A stretch of DNA of 54,341 nt from contig JAVECL010000012.1 in assembly GCA_051942245.1 (NCBI GenBank), positions 62,001-116,341 of the forward strand, given 5' to 3'. Under the pieces are notes generated by a model that did no database searches, was not told the DNA's origin, and saw only the letters and a list, made by a program, of their open reading frames with translations. A program made the position numbers and the translations under genes. Shown here one piece after another: positions 1 through 12,444 of the stretch (within the stretch, counting starts at the first letter, position 1; every line of letters starts with the position of its first letter). This DNA comes from Trypethelium eluteriae (Eukaryota).

Positions 1-3000
1 ATTAGCAGCGACAAAGTCCCTTCGAAATCACACGCAAGATACTGGATATCCTGGTATACTAACAGGTTCTACGACAAACAAGGCCGGACGCCTGATCAAG
101 ACCGGGGAGGATCCTCAAAATCTTGGTTCAATGACTTCAGCTGTCTTTGATCCAATTGGCATCCCTCCGAATGGCAAAGGCGTGTCTTCGGACCCGAGCG
201 CATCCACTACACAGCTAATTCCGGAGTCAATCTTCAGTTCTACAAATGCGTCGCAGCACTATAACTCTTCTGGCACATCAAGCTCGGTGCTATCGGCTAG
301 CATAACTGAAAGCCTTCGAGACATCAGCGATGCATACTATTCTGTAACCAGCGCTGCCAGAAACCCGTCCTCTGTTGCACCCTTCAACAAGTCGCAAGTC
401 TTTGTTACATCCACGATGACTACACAACCCCCCGGTATCTCTACGGCAGTCATCACCAGTCCTGGACTTTCGAAGAATACATGGATCACAACAACAGATG
501 GAAATGGGCACTCCACCGTAGTCCCCATACTTGCCGATTGCCACCACTGTGGCCCCACAGGGCGTGGTATTGTCATTTGGAGTTTGCCTCCTCTCCCTGA
601 AGTCGAGTTCAATTTTCCAAAGTCTCCTAAAATCAGATTACCGAAATTCCATTTGCCGTGTATCAAGCTTCTTGGGATCCATGTCTCCGGAAGTTGTGAG
701 ACTCCACCACAGAAGGACGAGCCCAGTGACGAAGATTCGCCTAGCAAAACTACTTTACCAGGCAAAACTGCTTTACCACCCACCACTGAGCCTACTTTAG
801 CAACTAGACCGGCTCAGGCTGTGACCAGCACGGGGTCTCATGCTCAAACTTGTACACAGACCACAGCGACAAATTGCGAAATGCAACTCATTTATGAAGT
901 CAATAGCGATGGATCTACCACATCTAGCTCGAGATTAGAGGCGTGTTCACCTACTGCTACTTGCTCTGCTCGAGTCGTATCTGAGACAACCTCCACAACG
1001 ACTTCTGAGGCGGTTTGCTGGACACACCACACGGACAGTTTCTTATATAGCTTCATGACTGAAGATGGGGAAGACGAAGGCAATGCTGATGGCGAAGACG
1101 CTGAAGATAGTGCGACCGGTAATGGCGGTGAGACTCCTGAAAAGCGATTTATGCACGCCCGAGCCTATCAAATGGAGAAGAGAATGGGAAAAGGCCATAG
1201 GAAGGGGAAAAGGGGAGGATCGCGTTTCACAAGGACAGCTTTTGGATCGGGAGCGCAAATCTGCCAACTTACCACGCAACTACCGCCTGCAGGCCCACAA
1301 TCCGCATCTGTCACTATTGGCAATCAACCTATAGTCACTGATCTTGAGAAGTTCAATGGACCTGTATATTGGTATGTTCCATCAATGGCGAGCGCTGGGC
1401 AAGGCCAATGTGAGACTGCAACCGTCAGACATTACCCAGACGCCGCGGCTCTTACGGCTCACCCTGTGATTCCCGGCCACCCGAGCTATCATCTTGGCGA
1501 AGATAATACAAATCCAAAGCGGCCATTCGTAAACGTTGATCACGTTTACGAGGTCAAATACCTAGGCGATTTCTTCGATTTGATGGTCGACTCAAATTCA
1601 TTTACTTGCGCACAATTCAATGCTTTCTTCATGGCCACTGATTCGTTGAATCAAAGAGGCGACAAGTCTTTCGCCCGCCTTCAAACCTTGTGGGATCAAA
1701 TTCCTTCTGTTCGGGACCCAAAATTCGCAGGAACGGATTCTGTATTGAATATGTTTAAGGGCAAGGGTTTGGGGGCTCATGAGTGGAAGACGGAGTTCGG
1801 AACCGACGATGAAGCACTCCAGTATTTGAATTTGGTGGCTGCTGCCGTTGACATGACCAACATTCCGGCTATAGCAGCACAGCACCAGCTGAGCAATCAG
1901 GCGGTATATAATGCATTTCTAGGCATCGATACCCTTCTCGCAAATCCGCAGGGTTGCCCTCCTGCACCTCCGCAACCTCCACATGGGTTGAACTGGGCTG
2001 ATGCTTATTCAAGTTATATGAGCTCAAAAATCTCAACGGATAATGAGAAGGTTTCCGCCGTGATTAGCATTATGGCCAATGACAAGTATCCCAACGGGAA
2101 AACCGTCTTCACCTCCACCACTGACAAACAGGGGAGCTTGAATTCTATCGGCAAAGGTAAGCAGCTTGTGATAGATTTGAGTCGCACAGAGGAAAGATCT
2201 GTCTAATCCAAAATCACCCTGAAGCCGATAAATCCTGTTGCTAACTTCCGATAGGGCTTCAAGCTTTCAAAGCAGGATATCCGTCAGCGAAGTGGACATT
2301 TAGTTCGGCATTATTATTGGATCCCCGACCAGGTCATCCAATGAATATCCAGCGAAGAGGACTCGTCGATGTTGCGGTAACATGTGCAATGACTCAGGCT
2401 AGAACAACCCCTATAAACCCAAATTCGGGTCCAATAACAACGGCAAACTCAGCCGACAGCGCTGATATCATTAAGACCGCCACTCTTACCAGTAGGCCCA
2501 CTACTATTCCAAGACTAGACTCTTCGACCAATTCTTTCAGTAGCCTAGCCAGCAGCAGGACTACAGAATCGCCCACGAGCCTCGCTATTAACTCGACTAC
2601 TATTGGGATCATCGACTCACTTACTAATGCACTCACCAAACCAGCTACTGATTCAAGTATCAGTTCAAGGTCTAGCTCAGCTACTGGCTTAGCTATCAGC
2701 TTCATCGATAACTCGATCTCCACTTCAATTCCCAGCGTAACGACCAGCTCGACTGCCAGCTCGACAACCGGCTCAACAACGAGCCCAACAGCAGAGTCCG
2801 TCAGTGGTTCAGTCATCAGCTCAGTTACCCACGTAGATACTAGCCTCACTACCGGATCAGCCAGTGTTTTGAGTACCAGCTCAAGTAGTGTTTCGTCTGT
2901 TAGCTCAAGGACCGGAGTAAGCTTTGGTTCAACAAATATTCCAAGTAGCAGTCCAATTACATACCCAGCACCCCCGCTTTCGACATTATTGACGTCCTCA

Positions 3001-3273
3001 GCGTCAGTTCCTACGTTCTCACTCCCGTCTTCTTGTTCTAGCACAACCCCAATGGCATCTCAAGACCCATATGCGCCAGTCAGTGATGTTTGTGGAGTTA
3101 GCAAGGGCGGCTCGGCTTCAGATATCTTTACCTGTGGGGCCAATTTGACACTCTTCGAGCTTTTTGCACCGGGAGGCACCCCACATTCAACAGGTGGGGC
3201 GGAAAATGACAGGGAGGGCTGGGAGACTTGGGCCGGTGGCGGATGCTTCTGGTTTAATGGCAAATTTTGCTGA
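1..3273 (+). CDS. Large, probably secreted multi-domain precursor (5'-truncated by the window): Ser/Thr-rich linkers, Cys-rich modules, dibasic KR/RR sites, DHVYE...LNxxKG segment
   Basis: The frame of ORF 131..2206 is open back to base 2. An intron at 2157-2254 (GTAAGC...GCTAAC...TAG) joins it in frame to ORF 2317..3273 (…GKG|LQAFKAGYPSAKW…). The frame continues 43 codons past the TGA at 3271-3273. Confidence 0.75.
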
Positions 3274-4384
3274 AATCCATATGCATCCGCCTGTCTACCT
3301 GCCTCTGCCGTCCCCTTTGAGAAGTTCAACGATGGGCCTGGAGCCGACGCAATTGAAATATTTGACAGCGAAGTAAATGATGGCCAGTGTAACTGTTCGG
3401 GTTGAAACTTGGCAGTGTGTCAATAAAATTGGAGGTGGCTATTTTGATTAAAGTCCCAAGTGTTCCTTCCTAGATTAGATGAAGGACGAAAAGAATTATT
3501 CGATGGCTCTTCTCCAAATTCTTGTTAGACTACATTCAGAGCTCCTTGAGCCTCCGCAAGGTTCTTGAGATCTCATTTTGTGCCCTTTGCCCTGGAGCGT
3601 ATGCATGCCAAAGTAGCAGATCGCAGAGTATTGAAGACCTGCATTGGCTTGTCTTTCAACATACAAATGTAATTGACTCACGCTACAGAATGCGTAGAAA
3701 TGCAAGGTATGAAGATGCACTCTGCAACAACACATGCTCTTCCCCTGTATATGATGGTCTGCGCATAGACATGTTCACTGGCCTGCGAAGCTCTCATCAA
3801 GCCCTGTGAAATTTAACTGCAGTAGCAGGCAGTAACGTACAATTCCACAGAGACGCTCCATCTTTCACAAGCATGATCTACTACATATTATTCCGCTCGA
3901 GTTGTCGAGTCCCTTGACTGACTAGTCAACAAGATGCTTTTCACAGTGGCTATCTCATCTTTTACAGAGTATTATATCGACATGCGGTATGTCACCTACA
4001 AGTCGGCAGAAAATCTATGAAAGAAAAAGAGAAGCCAACAGTGAATGCATAAATTTTTCTTCACCTTTTCTCGACATTGCGGCATGTATAAATGAAAGAA
4101 TAGCAGGTCAGCCGGTCCTGCTTAATGCCTGCTGGTACACAACAGCTCTAGGAGGTTGAAAGAGACTAAACGATCATTGTGTCTTCCAAGGGAAATTTTG
4201 ATAAATCGCCGATACGGAGCCGATAAGGTGTCTATGCAGTGTTTGGATGGGTCAATCCCCGAGACACTCTTAAATTTACCCGGCGTGCCTAGGCCCTACC
4301 GCATCCGCACGTATCGAAGTCATGGAGTTTATCACCAAAGAGTTTCTTGACTAGGATAGACCTTTTCTTTGTAGGAGATGTCCG

Positions 4385-5882
4385 TTACTGCCCGGCAATA
4401 CTTATAGATGAGCCGAGATCTTCTATTGAGACGAGATTGTAAGGAGCATCGTTCTTGCTGCCAGACTCGGATGATTTGGAAGCCTCGTATTCGAATAGAG
4501 ATCCACAAGCCATGGCGACCTTGTTCTCGGAGTGAAGACATTGAAGCCTGCTGGACGGCCCAAAATGAGATTGTCGCCTGCGGGAGGGATCTCCTGCAAA
4601 ATTTCTCAGATATTTACCCGACGTACACGAGTACATAATGGCACGGATGGTTGCCAAAGAAGGAAGAAGATGGCACGCAGTTTTCGAAAATGCAGGCATA
4701 CAGGCGCAGATGATTCCCAGGTACATCTCAACTGCCCTGAAAGATTGCTTGACGTTAGACATTTTAACGAATTAATGAAACCTAGACGTACTCGGCCAGT
4801 AGTATATCTACCATGGTCCACGTTACATCGGGATTGGGTTTTGCATAATAATAGATGGAGACGCTACAGCCAATGCATGCTCTGCACAAGTTAGGACCTC
4901 CTTCTTCACTTGGAAAAGACTTACAGGATTCCGCTAAGGAAAATCATCATCACGCCCAATTTTCGCTTCGGAGGAAGCTGGACTTGCGAAATGGCTGCCA
5001 TAGGTAATAGAAGAAGATAGACATCGAACGCCAACCCAACAGTTGGGAGAGATATTAACAGAATCCCGGTCTTCTGCTGCATCGGGCTCATGAAGTGGGC
5101 GGTCCAGGTTTCATGTGGTCTCGGCGTTGCGAAATAGAACTGGACGACCATTACTGGCACATAGAAAAGGCAAAGTAGGACCAGGCCAATGTAGACAGAT
5201 ACTCGGACCCATCGCATGGGCTTGAAGATTTTCAGGTACATAATGAAGAGCGTGGCCTTGAAGAGGAGGTACGTGGGCCCCGTCACAACAACACGGATCC
5301 AGAGAGGCTTTTGTCCTGTCAAGATTGCCGTTAACAGCTTCTAGAACTACTCACAAAAATAGAATTCATATTCATCTCTTCAGAACGGGGCACATCCCAC
5401 TGATGTTTGCCTATTGGACCTCTGGTCGCTCCTATACACTTCAGCGTCGCGGCGGTGAGTGAGAGACAGAACACAAATACCCACGACTACTCCGGTATAA
5501 TATGCAATGGCACCAACCTTGCCAAGTCAAGTCAATTCACTCATCACCAAGATATGAGGATTGGGTTCATACAAGACCGATTGTGCATGTTACTATGATT
5601 GCGAATGAGCAATTGCTGATTCCTGAACTTCTCTCCCACGCTTCTCAGAAACTCACAGTCATCTAAAGTCATTTCACCAATGATCATCAACTTCATATAG
5701 ACTCTGCTCAAGTAGAAGATGAACATGAGGCCAAATAAGACTGATATCACGGTGACAAGCAGCGTCGACCTGGTGGGTGGATCCACGAAATTGGGGGTGA
5801 CTCCATCGGGGGGCGGCAAGGCTGGTATGTGTTGCAAAGCCTGAGGTATACTCTGATTGAAGTCGAGGGCAAGATAAGACAT
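4385..5882 (-). CDS. PTH11-like (fungal rhodopsin-domain) 7TM integral membrane protein, multi-exon
   Basis: Family motifs ALPPPDGVTPNFVDPP, GKHQWDV, DVYLLLLPM…QLPPKRKLGVMMIF and VEMYLGIICACMP are spread over ORFs 5544-5900, 4921-5322 and 4385-4762. Canonical GT-AG introns restore one frame. Confidence 0.88.
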
Positions 5883-6879
5883 TCTGCTGGTAGAAATCAA
5901 CAGACTCGAGACGATGAAAGTCTCTTTCAGGAAGAATTCGAAAGGACAGCTCTAGATGATATAGCACTTAGGAGACGAGTAAGAATACGAAACATGACCC
6001 ATGAAACAGCTATAAAAGAGCTCACAGAATTTTCGATTATTTTGGAAAGGCCTAAGATATGAGCACACCATTAATGGCCCCGCAGACAGGGCGAAAGGGC
6101 ATCAGGCATGAGGTTATGTCCTCTCCCATCTCAGCTCCGAAGTGGCTTATGGTATTAGCCTATCACTATCCTTGCTAACACAGATACCGAGAGCTGCCTC
6201 CGGTAGCGATTTCTCCCGATAGCACTCAAGATCCATACACTACGGAATAAATCCATGCAACTGCGGGCAGAGCTAATAAGCTGCACCTGATGGCTCAGCA
6301 AGGCCGGCATTTGATCTGAAAAATTGTTATGTTGAAGCTTGACAAATATATCTATAGTAATGATAAGCGTGAAATGACCATACGGTGTCCGGATTGAGCG
6401 AGAGTGTTGACTCTCAACAGAGTGCTTCCACCATGATAGGCAGGAACTTACAGCTAGGCAGATACCATTTTCCCGCGTTCACTGTTATGTTCTATCCAAC
6501 AAGGTTACGTGAACGTCCCACTGAGACGCCTCAGGAATTCACCCTTTGGCATGTCGCATTATAATAGAGGCGAACTTTGCGGCAGACATAATTCTCTAAG
6601 AATAAGCAGGAGCCAAGAAACGGAACAGCATTCACTCTGAGTCTGCTACCGTGGAGTAGGAAGCAGAGGCTTGCAGCAAACCTTGGCACTCTTGTCTCAT
6701 TATTGATCTGCCAGCCTGGTCTGCATGCAATTCATAACAGGCTACTAACTAAATACCTCAGCCGCGAGAAGAGAATGTAAGGGATCGATATGATCGCGAG
6801 ATCCAATAGGTTGCCTTCTGGGGGGATTCTTCTGGTAAGGGTTCACGAAGCTAGAAGAGGTATTCCGAAACACACACAG

Positions 6880-7830
6880 TGCAGTCCTCTACTGGCCGGG
6901 GTCATCTTCAGTCCGAGGCACTGACTTCACTCTTTCCAGCTGAGCGTAGACTTATGAGGCTCCTGAAAGATGAAGTGTTGGACTCTGCCACTAAAGCAAG
7001 GGACCGGATGTCTGAGGATATTCTTGTAGGCAACCCCATTCGCCTTCATTATCACGCCACTTTGACTCTGCTATTTTGAGTGATTACTTCGAATGTGAGA
7101 TTTTGCATGGAGGCTGGTTAGAGGTGCATGGATTATGAGAGGGCCACCAACATGTCGTCGCGGGCCTCATTGTCCATTTCCTTGATCGATGACCCCATGA
7201 TCGCGGTTGTGCGCGTTTTCACAATGATTGTTCCCCGGAAATGGTAAAACCCTAGATCTTTGCGGTTTCAAGTAATCAGGCGTACTTTTCGCCATGGAGT
7301 GTTCGATAGCGTCCGAAGTGGTTGCTGTCAGTTTGTATACAGCTGCGCAGACTTGGCATTGCTGAGCGGTCGGTGAGTCAAGGCATTGTTAATCGATGCT
7401 TCGAGGGTGCATGGGCCAGATACAACTAGGGACTCACCTGGTGGTGATGGTTTTTATAATCTCCAGTGTCCCTCGTTCAGTGCAGCCCAATACATCAAAG
7501 CTTCAAGAAGTCCGGATCTTTCATACGATATGAACGATAAGTCCGACCGTCTTCGAACCTCCGAACTGACTACACTGAGACCTATTGGAATTCCGTCACG
7601 TTTCCGCCTACCCAGTCTCTGACGTGATAGCTCTTCAGTGTTTGTGAGGAAGTTCTGAGGCTTACCACAGCAGGTCTCTCCGTTTTTGACGTGTCAAAGA
7701 TAACGAAGATTGGGAAAGGTCTTGACGGCCAGCAATAGGCTGGAACAGTCATTCCGCACAGGAAGCTGCTGGGCAAGTAGAGAATGACGAGGAGCGACGC
7801 GGCTGATCCCTATAACAGTCGATTCTTTAC
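6880..7830 (-). pseudogene. Possible decayed coding sequence
   Basis: Minus-strand frames read protein-like (…PAYCWPSRPFPIFVIFD…, …DLGFYHFRGTIIVKTRTTAIMGSSIKEMDNEARDDMLVALS*…) but contain scattered TAA/TAG/TGA. No family recognised. Confidence 0.25.
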
Positions 7831-8741
7831 CGACGAAAATATAGTGAAGAACCTATCATATTAACCACCGGAAGGGGTATCAGCCATTGCCCAGGTAGTC
7901 TTCTGGCCAAAGCAGAAATTCTCGCTTTGCTTATTTTTGGATTGATGCTCTTTGATTTTAAGCGTGACGTTGGCATCCTATTCTCTTCGCTGGAATTTGG
8001 GGAACAATGGCTAGACATAATGGCTACTGTCCAAAGCGAAAACTTGAATGCGCTTTCGACGTTCCAAATGAATTGCAGGCATCGTCAACTTGGGATGCCG
8101 CATTTTGCCCTCAAAGCCGGATTGACTACAGTTCCTGCATTCTCTGACGATGCAGACAATTGTTCGGAGAATCTATGCATCGTCAAAGTTGGCAATAGGT
8201 TAGCACGTTGTCCTAGAGCAGAGAAGTAGAAACAAGCGGAGTCAAAGAGACGGGCGGTTACTTATGGGAAAGACAGCTCGAATATCAATCTGCAGATACA
8301 AGTACGTAATAGACTGCAAATTCTTTTCATTCAGGCAGGTAGTAATGCTCTTGCGTCTTGGTCTTCCACCAACGAGCTGTCACGTACCATCGAGCCTATA
8401 GATGTATTGTACTCCGTACTCTTAGAGTATTGAACGCCTGTGCCCCACCACGCCCACCAAGTAACCCAGAGAGTTGCGTGGGGACTACTAACTACTAGCT
8501 CCAGTCAGTGGAAGCTTGGCCTGTGACGTCGGGTGGGGTCTTGTCGGTCTTGTCAAGAGGTACAACATCACCCTTTGCACTTGTCAAAGATCCCTCAGAA
8601 ACCACAGGATCACAATTCGCGTGCTATAGAAGTACTCTCTATTCCTCTCGTCGTTGTCGCTATGCTCAGCTCCTTAACTGGCGCTTGAGACACCCTACTG
8701 CGGTGTTGCATTTACGTGTGACAACCTTGGAAGCTTGATTG

Positions 8742-10033
8742 ATGCAGTGCGGGATTTTACGGAGAACCACAGTTCTTGGTAATCTGGTAGGGCAAGCTTT
8801 ACAAAGTCGCTGCATCAGCAGGCACTCAAGTTCCCTCCTCTCAGCTCGATTTCTCGAAACGCCTCAATCGCACGTAGTCACTTTCTCTCTACCGATCCAT
8901 CGCACGCTTCCCTCGAGCTCGACCTCATCCTGTTCTCGCTCCGTTTCCTCTGCCACGACCGCCCACGCTCCTATGGGTGATCAAATTGAGGCCGCCAAAA
9001 AGCGCGCCGCCGAACGTGCCGTTGCCGAGCATTTCTCTCCTTCCTTCCGCTATGTCGGCATTGGCTCAGGCACCACTATCCTTTACGTCGTCGACGCGAT
9101 CAAGGCCAGCTTGGAATCGCACCTCGCTTCGACACAACCCCCTGAAGAGCACCGTGCCTCGCTAGATAGCATGATACAGTTCGTACCGACGGGGTATCAG
9201 AGCCGACAGGTGGTAGTGCAAGCGGGGTTGACGCCCATTGCCTTCGACAGTTTACCGGAGACGGTGGCACTTGATGTGGCGTTTGATGGCGCGGACGAGG
9301 TGGATGACGAGCTGAACTGTATAAAGGGTGGAGGTGCATGTTTGTTCCAAGAGAAGTTGGTTGCAACGAAGGCAAAGAAGTTTGTGTGTGTTGCTGGTAC
9401 GTCCAAAACACCTTCAAGTCAAACGCAGATAGAAGGCAGCAGGGGCAGAATGGGAGATGTTTCCGTAGCAAAATGGGAATGATATGCAGATGTACTGATC
9501 TACGAACAGACTACCGCAAAAACCAACCTCGCCTCCTCACCTCCTGGCCCTCCATACCCATCGAAATAGTTCCCATTGCCGTCTATACTGTTCTCGCCCG
9601 CCTACGCGCCCTCGGCTCCTCTTCTCCTGCCGTTCGTGCTGGCCGCCTTGCTAAGTCTGGTCCGGACCAAACGGACCAAGGAAACTTCATCATCGATGCG
9701 CCGTTTCCCAGTCCTCTACTCACCAAGAAGGACCTTCTCGAAGCACGGAAGAAAGGCGAGAGCTGGGCAATGATGGAGAGGTTAGGGACCGGGAGGAATC
9801 CGGAGGGGAGGTGGGAGGTCGAGGCACTGGCCAGAGAAATCAAGAGTATCACCGGTGTCTTGGACGTGGGTTTGTTTGTTGGAGAGAATGGATACGACGT
9901 ATCACAAAGGCAAGCCAAGGGAGAGAAGAAGGCGTATGGGCTGGAAGCCGGGCAAAAGCCTGTGATCTGTTACTTCGGGATGCAGGACGGAAATGTAGAG
10001 GTAAAGGAGGCGGAAGTAAGCAACTTGACGTAG
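8742..10033 (+). CDS. RKI1: Ribose-5-phosphate isomerase A (conserved core starts at ATG 8973; in-frame upstream ATG 8742)
   Basis: Motifs VGIGSGTT, AFDGADEVD, IKGGGACLFQEK and TDQGNFIID. Intron 9397-9509 (GTACGT…ACTGAT…CAG) gives CVAD|YRK. Confidence 0.95.
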
Positions 10034-10917
10034 ACATCATGGAAAACAGGGAAGGATGCTTCGCGTCGCAATATCCAGTGTGGTCGGGCTTACTACTAGA
10101 TGTGGAAGCGATGGAGCATAGGCCTATTTGTGAAACTACCTGAGTTGAGGTGATTCGTATGTTGGCCGCGACGATGTTTTTCACGAGATCTAGTGGCGGA
10201 GTGTTCGAAACGAAGGCTATGAGGTGAGATTTGTGGAAGACATTGAACAATAATAGGGCTGGAGGCATCCAGTTGTGTCCAAGGTTAATCTACTACAGGT
10301 GCAAATGTACAATGGGCGAGAAGAGATTTCAATTCTCATTGTTTCATCCTATGAACCGATGCTATCATCATCGGTCAATTCATCAAGGTACATCCAAGGC
10401 CTAAGCAGGTCAGTCCCGCCCGAGCCTTCGACGATTACTAGCATTGCCGCCTCAATGGCTGCAACTGTTTCTTTCGTCACAAGATGTATCTGCTCTAATG
10501 GTGTATGTAGTCGTGAACCATGTGCTGTACTCCGTAGTATCCATCAAACTCCGACCGCTGAGCTCCCTTCAATGCCGTGCGGTGATGATGGCCTGAGCCC
10601 TTCAGTACCATCGTGGTTACAGTGCATGCAAGAGTCATGAGTGTGGTATGGAAAACAAGAATGGGCAAGTCAAACTGGGATGACAGGGAAAAGAGACAAC
10701 GCCGTCGCCATGCAAACGCTCAAGATTGATGCTGGATGTTGATGTTGTGCCGCCTAAGAGGGTATCGATCGCCATGATGTGCGTGTTGGTAGACCCCACA
10801 TCTTCTGGAAGATTGAGAAACGAGGCCGTCAGGACATAAATTAGTGGTAGCGGTGGTGCAGAATCGCGGGAAAGGTGCGAAAATAGCGTAGGTAGTCGAA
10901 GGAAGCTGATGAAGGAA

Positions 10918-12444
10918 TCAGATGTAAAGAGTTTTGATGCCACTTTCGATGATGGGAGGATTCTTCGTGAAGATAGGAAGTGAGTTGCGCTTGGCAGAGG
11001 TATTGGCTTTGATGCCCTTCGACTCGGCAATGGCGCGTTCCTTGCGTGCAGCCTTCTGTGCTTGTTTCTTGATGTCTTTTCGCTGTGCTGCAGTTGGACC
11101 ACGACGGTGCTGTGGGCCAACCTGCTTTTGCTGTGTGCGACCGGCAGCCTTGCGATTGATGCCAGTCGGGGAGGCACCTTTGCGATTGGGTGAGCGTGAT
11201 GAGCCACGGCCGTTGATCGTGATGCGGATGCGTGGTTTACTTGAGGCTTCGGAGGACGATGCACGACTGAGGGCATTATCTGGCTTCCACTCTTCATCGT
11301 CCTGTTCAGCTTTAATAGAGAGCGCATCAGAGGCAGCAGACTGCTCGGAGAGCTCGCTTCCGAATGACTCTTGACTGAGAGGAGCCAGTCCTTGGGAGTG
11401 AAGTGCTTGGCGTCCTTGTCCAAAACCAGCAGCCGTATCGCGAGTTGAGCGGCGATTCTGCTTCTTGTTTGGGCCACTGTAAAGTTCATCGTCGCTGTCA
11501 AGATCGCGGCCTACACTGGAGCTTTCTTGTGTAGATGAGGCGCTTCCCTGCTCGTCGAGGTTGAGTAGCTTCGTGACAACGTCGTCAACGTTGCCCCTAT
11601 GTTCCTCGAGCATCTTCTTGATGACAGGTTTTTCAACCAAGTATGGTAGAGCCCGTTGGACATTGGCAATCATCCAAGGGTGTACGTATGGGGTCTGAGC
11701 AAGTTTTTGCTTTTGCATAAGCTCCTCCTCTTCTGAAAGAGCACGAATATGGACGCTGGGAAGTCCAGAATGAGGGCCGTCGAGATTGCGGATCGAAGAG
11801 TAATGCTCCCAGGTCTGTAGGCGATCAGTTGAGATGCTCCAGAACGAAGTTCTTGCTGAGCACACTTACATGATATGCGATGTGTACAATCTGCCGATTA
11901 CTACCTTCTCCTGATCCAACCATGTATGCGAAATCACGTTGGTAGATCTTGACATCCACACGAAAGGCCGTGCTGAAGGCCGAGATTTCCATGTTGTCGC
12001 CCCAAGTGCCGCCTTTGGCCATGTTTTGCAGGTGGTTCTCGAAGACGCGGTCAATGTCGGCAGCGGACGCAGGGAAATTATTGGAAGTGGTGGCATAGGT
12101 GCCAGCATTCTTGCGTTTAGGATTACGACGAGTGCCACCGCCGGGCTGTACGTCGATGAATTGCTTGTAGTAGTCGCTGTTCTCCCTCATGTGCTCGATA
12201 ACCGTAGCACGAATCGCGTGATGCTGGCTTTCGTCGCCATACATCTGATCGGAGAGGGCATTAAAAAGACAGTTGCCTGTGGGAAGGATGGCAGATGTTA
12301 GAGATTGATCCGAAATTAAGATTTGTAGATTTTTCAAGAGCGAAGGGGGTGGAGGAAAAAAAGCGACATACCATCTCCCTTTATGTCCGAAGCATAGACT
12401 CCGAGCGCACTGAGGAGAGGAAATTCATCTCCGGACGCAGGCAT
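10918..12444 (-). CDS. OTU-family cysteine protease (deubiquitinase) with a possible CUE-like segment and basic C-terminal tail
   Basis: Exons 12444-12372, 12276-11870 and 11814-10918 give IKGDGNCLFNALSDQ (Cys box), GTWGDNMEISAF and WEHYSS (His box). Confidence 0.9.

Noticed and set aside
2394..3044. 216-aa hydrophobic antisense ORF
   Set aside because: Shadow of Ser/Thr-rich codons on the plus strand.
3268..3273. Cys-TGA read as a selenocysteine (CU) motif
   Set aside because: Selenocysteine machinery is not known in Dikarya, and I could not identify a SECIS element.
10016..10033. GTAAGC…TAG at the RKI1 3' end as a cryptic-PTS1 splice
   Set aside because: 18 nt is too short for an intron, and the downstream acceptors tested do not yield a PTS1.
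10635..11501. 288-aa alternative-frame ORF overlapping the OTU gene
   Set aside because: No recognisable motifs, and it overlaps a well-supported CDS in another frame.
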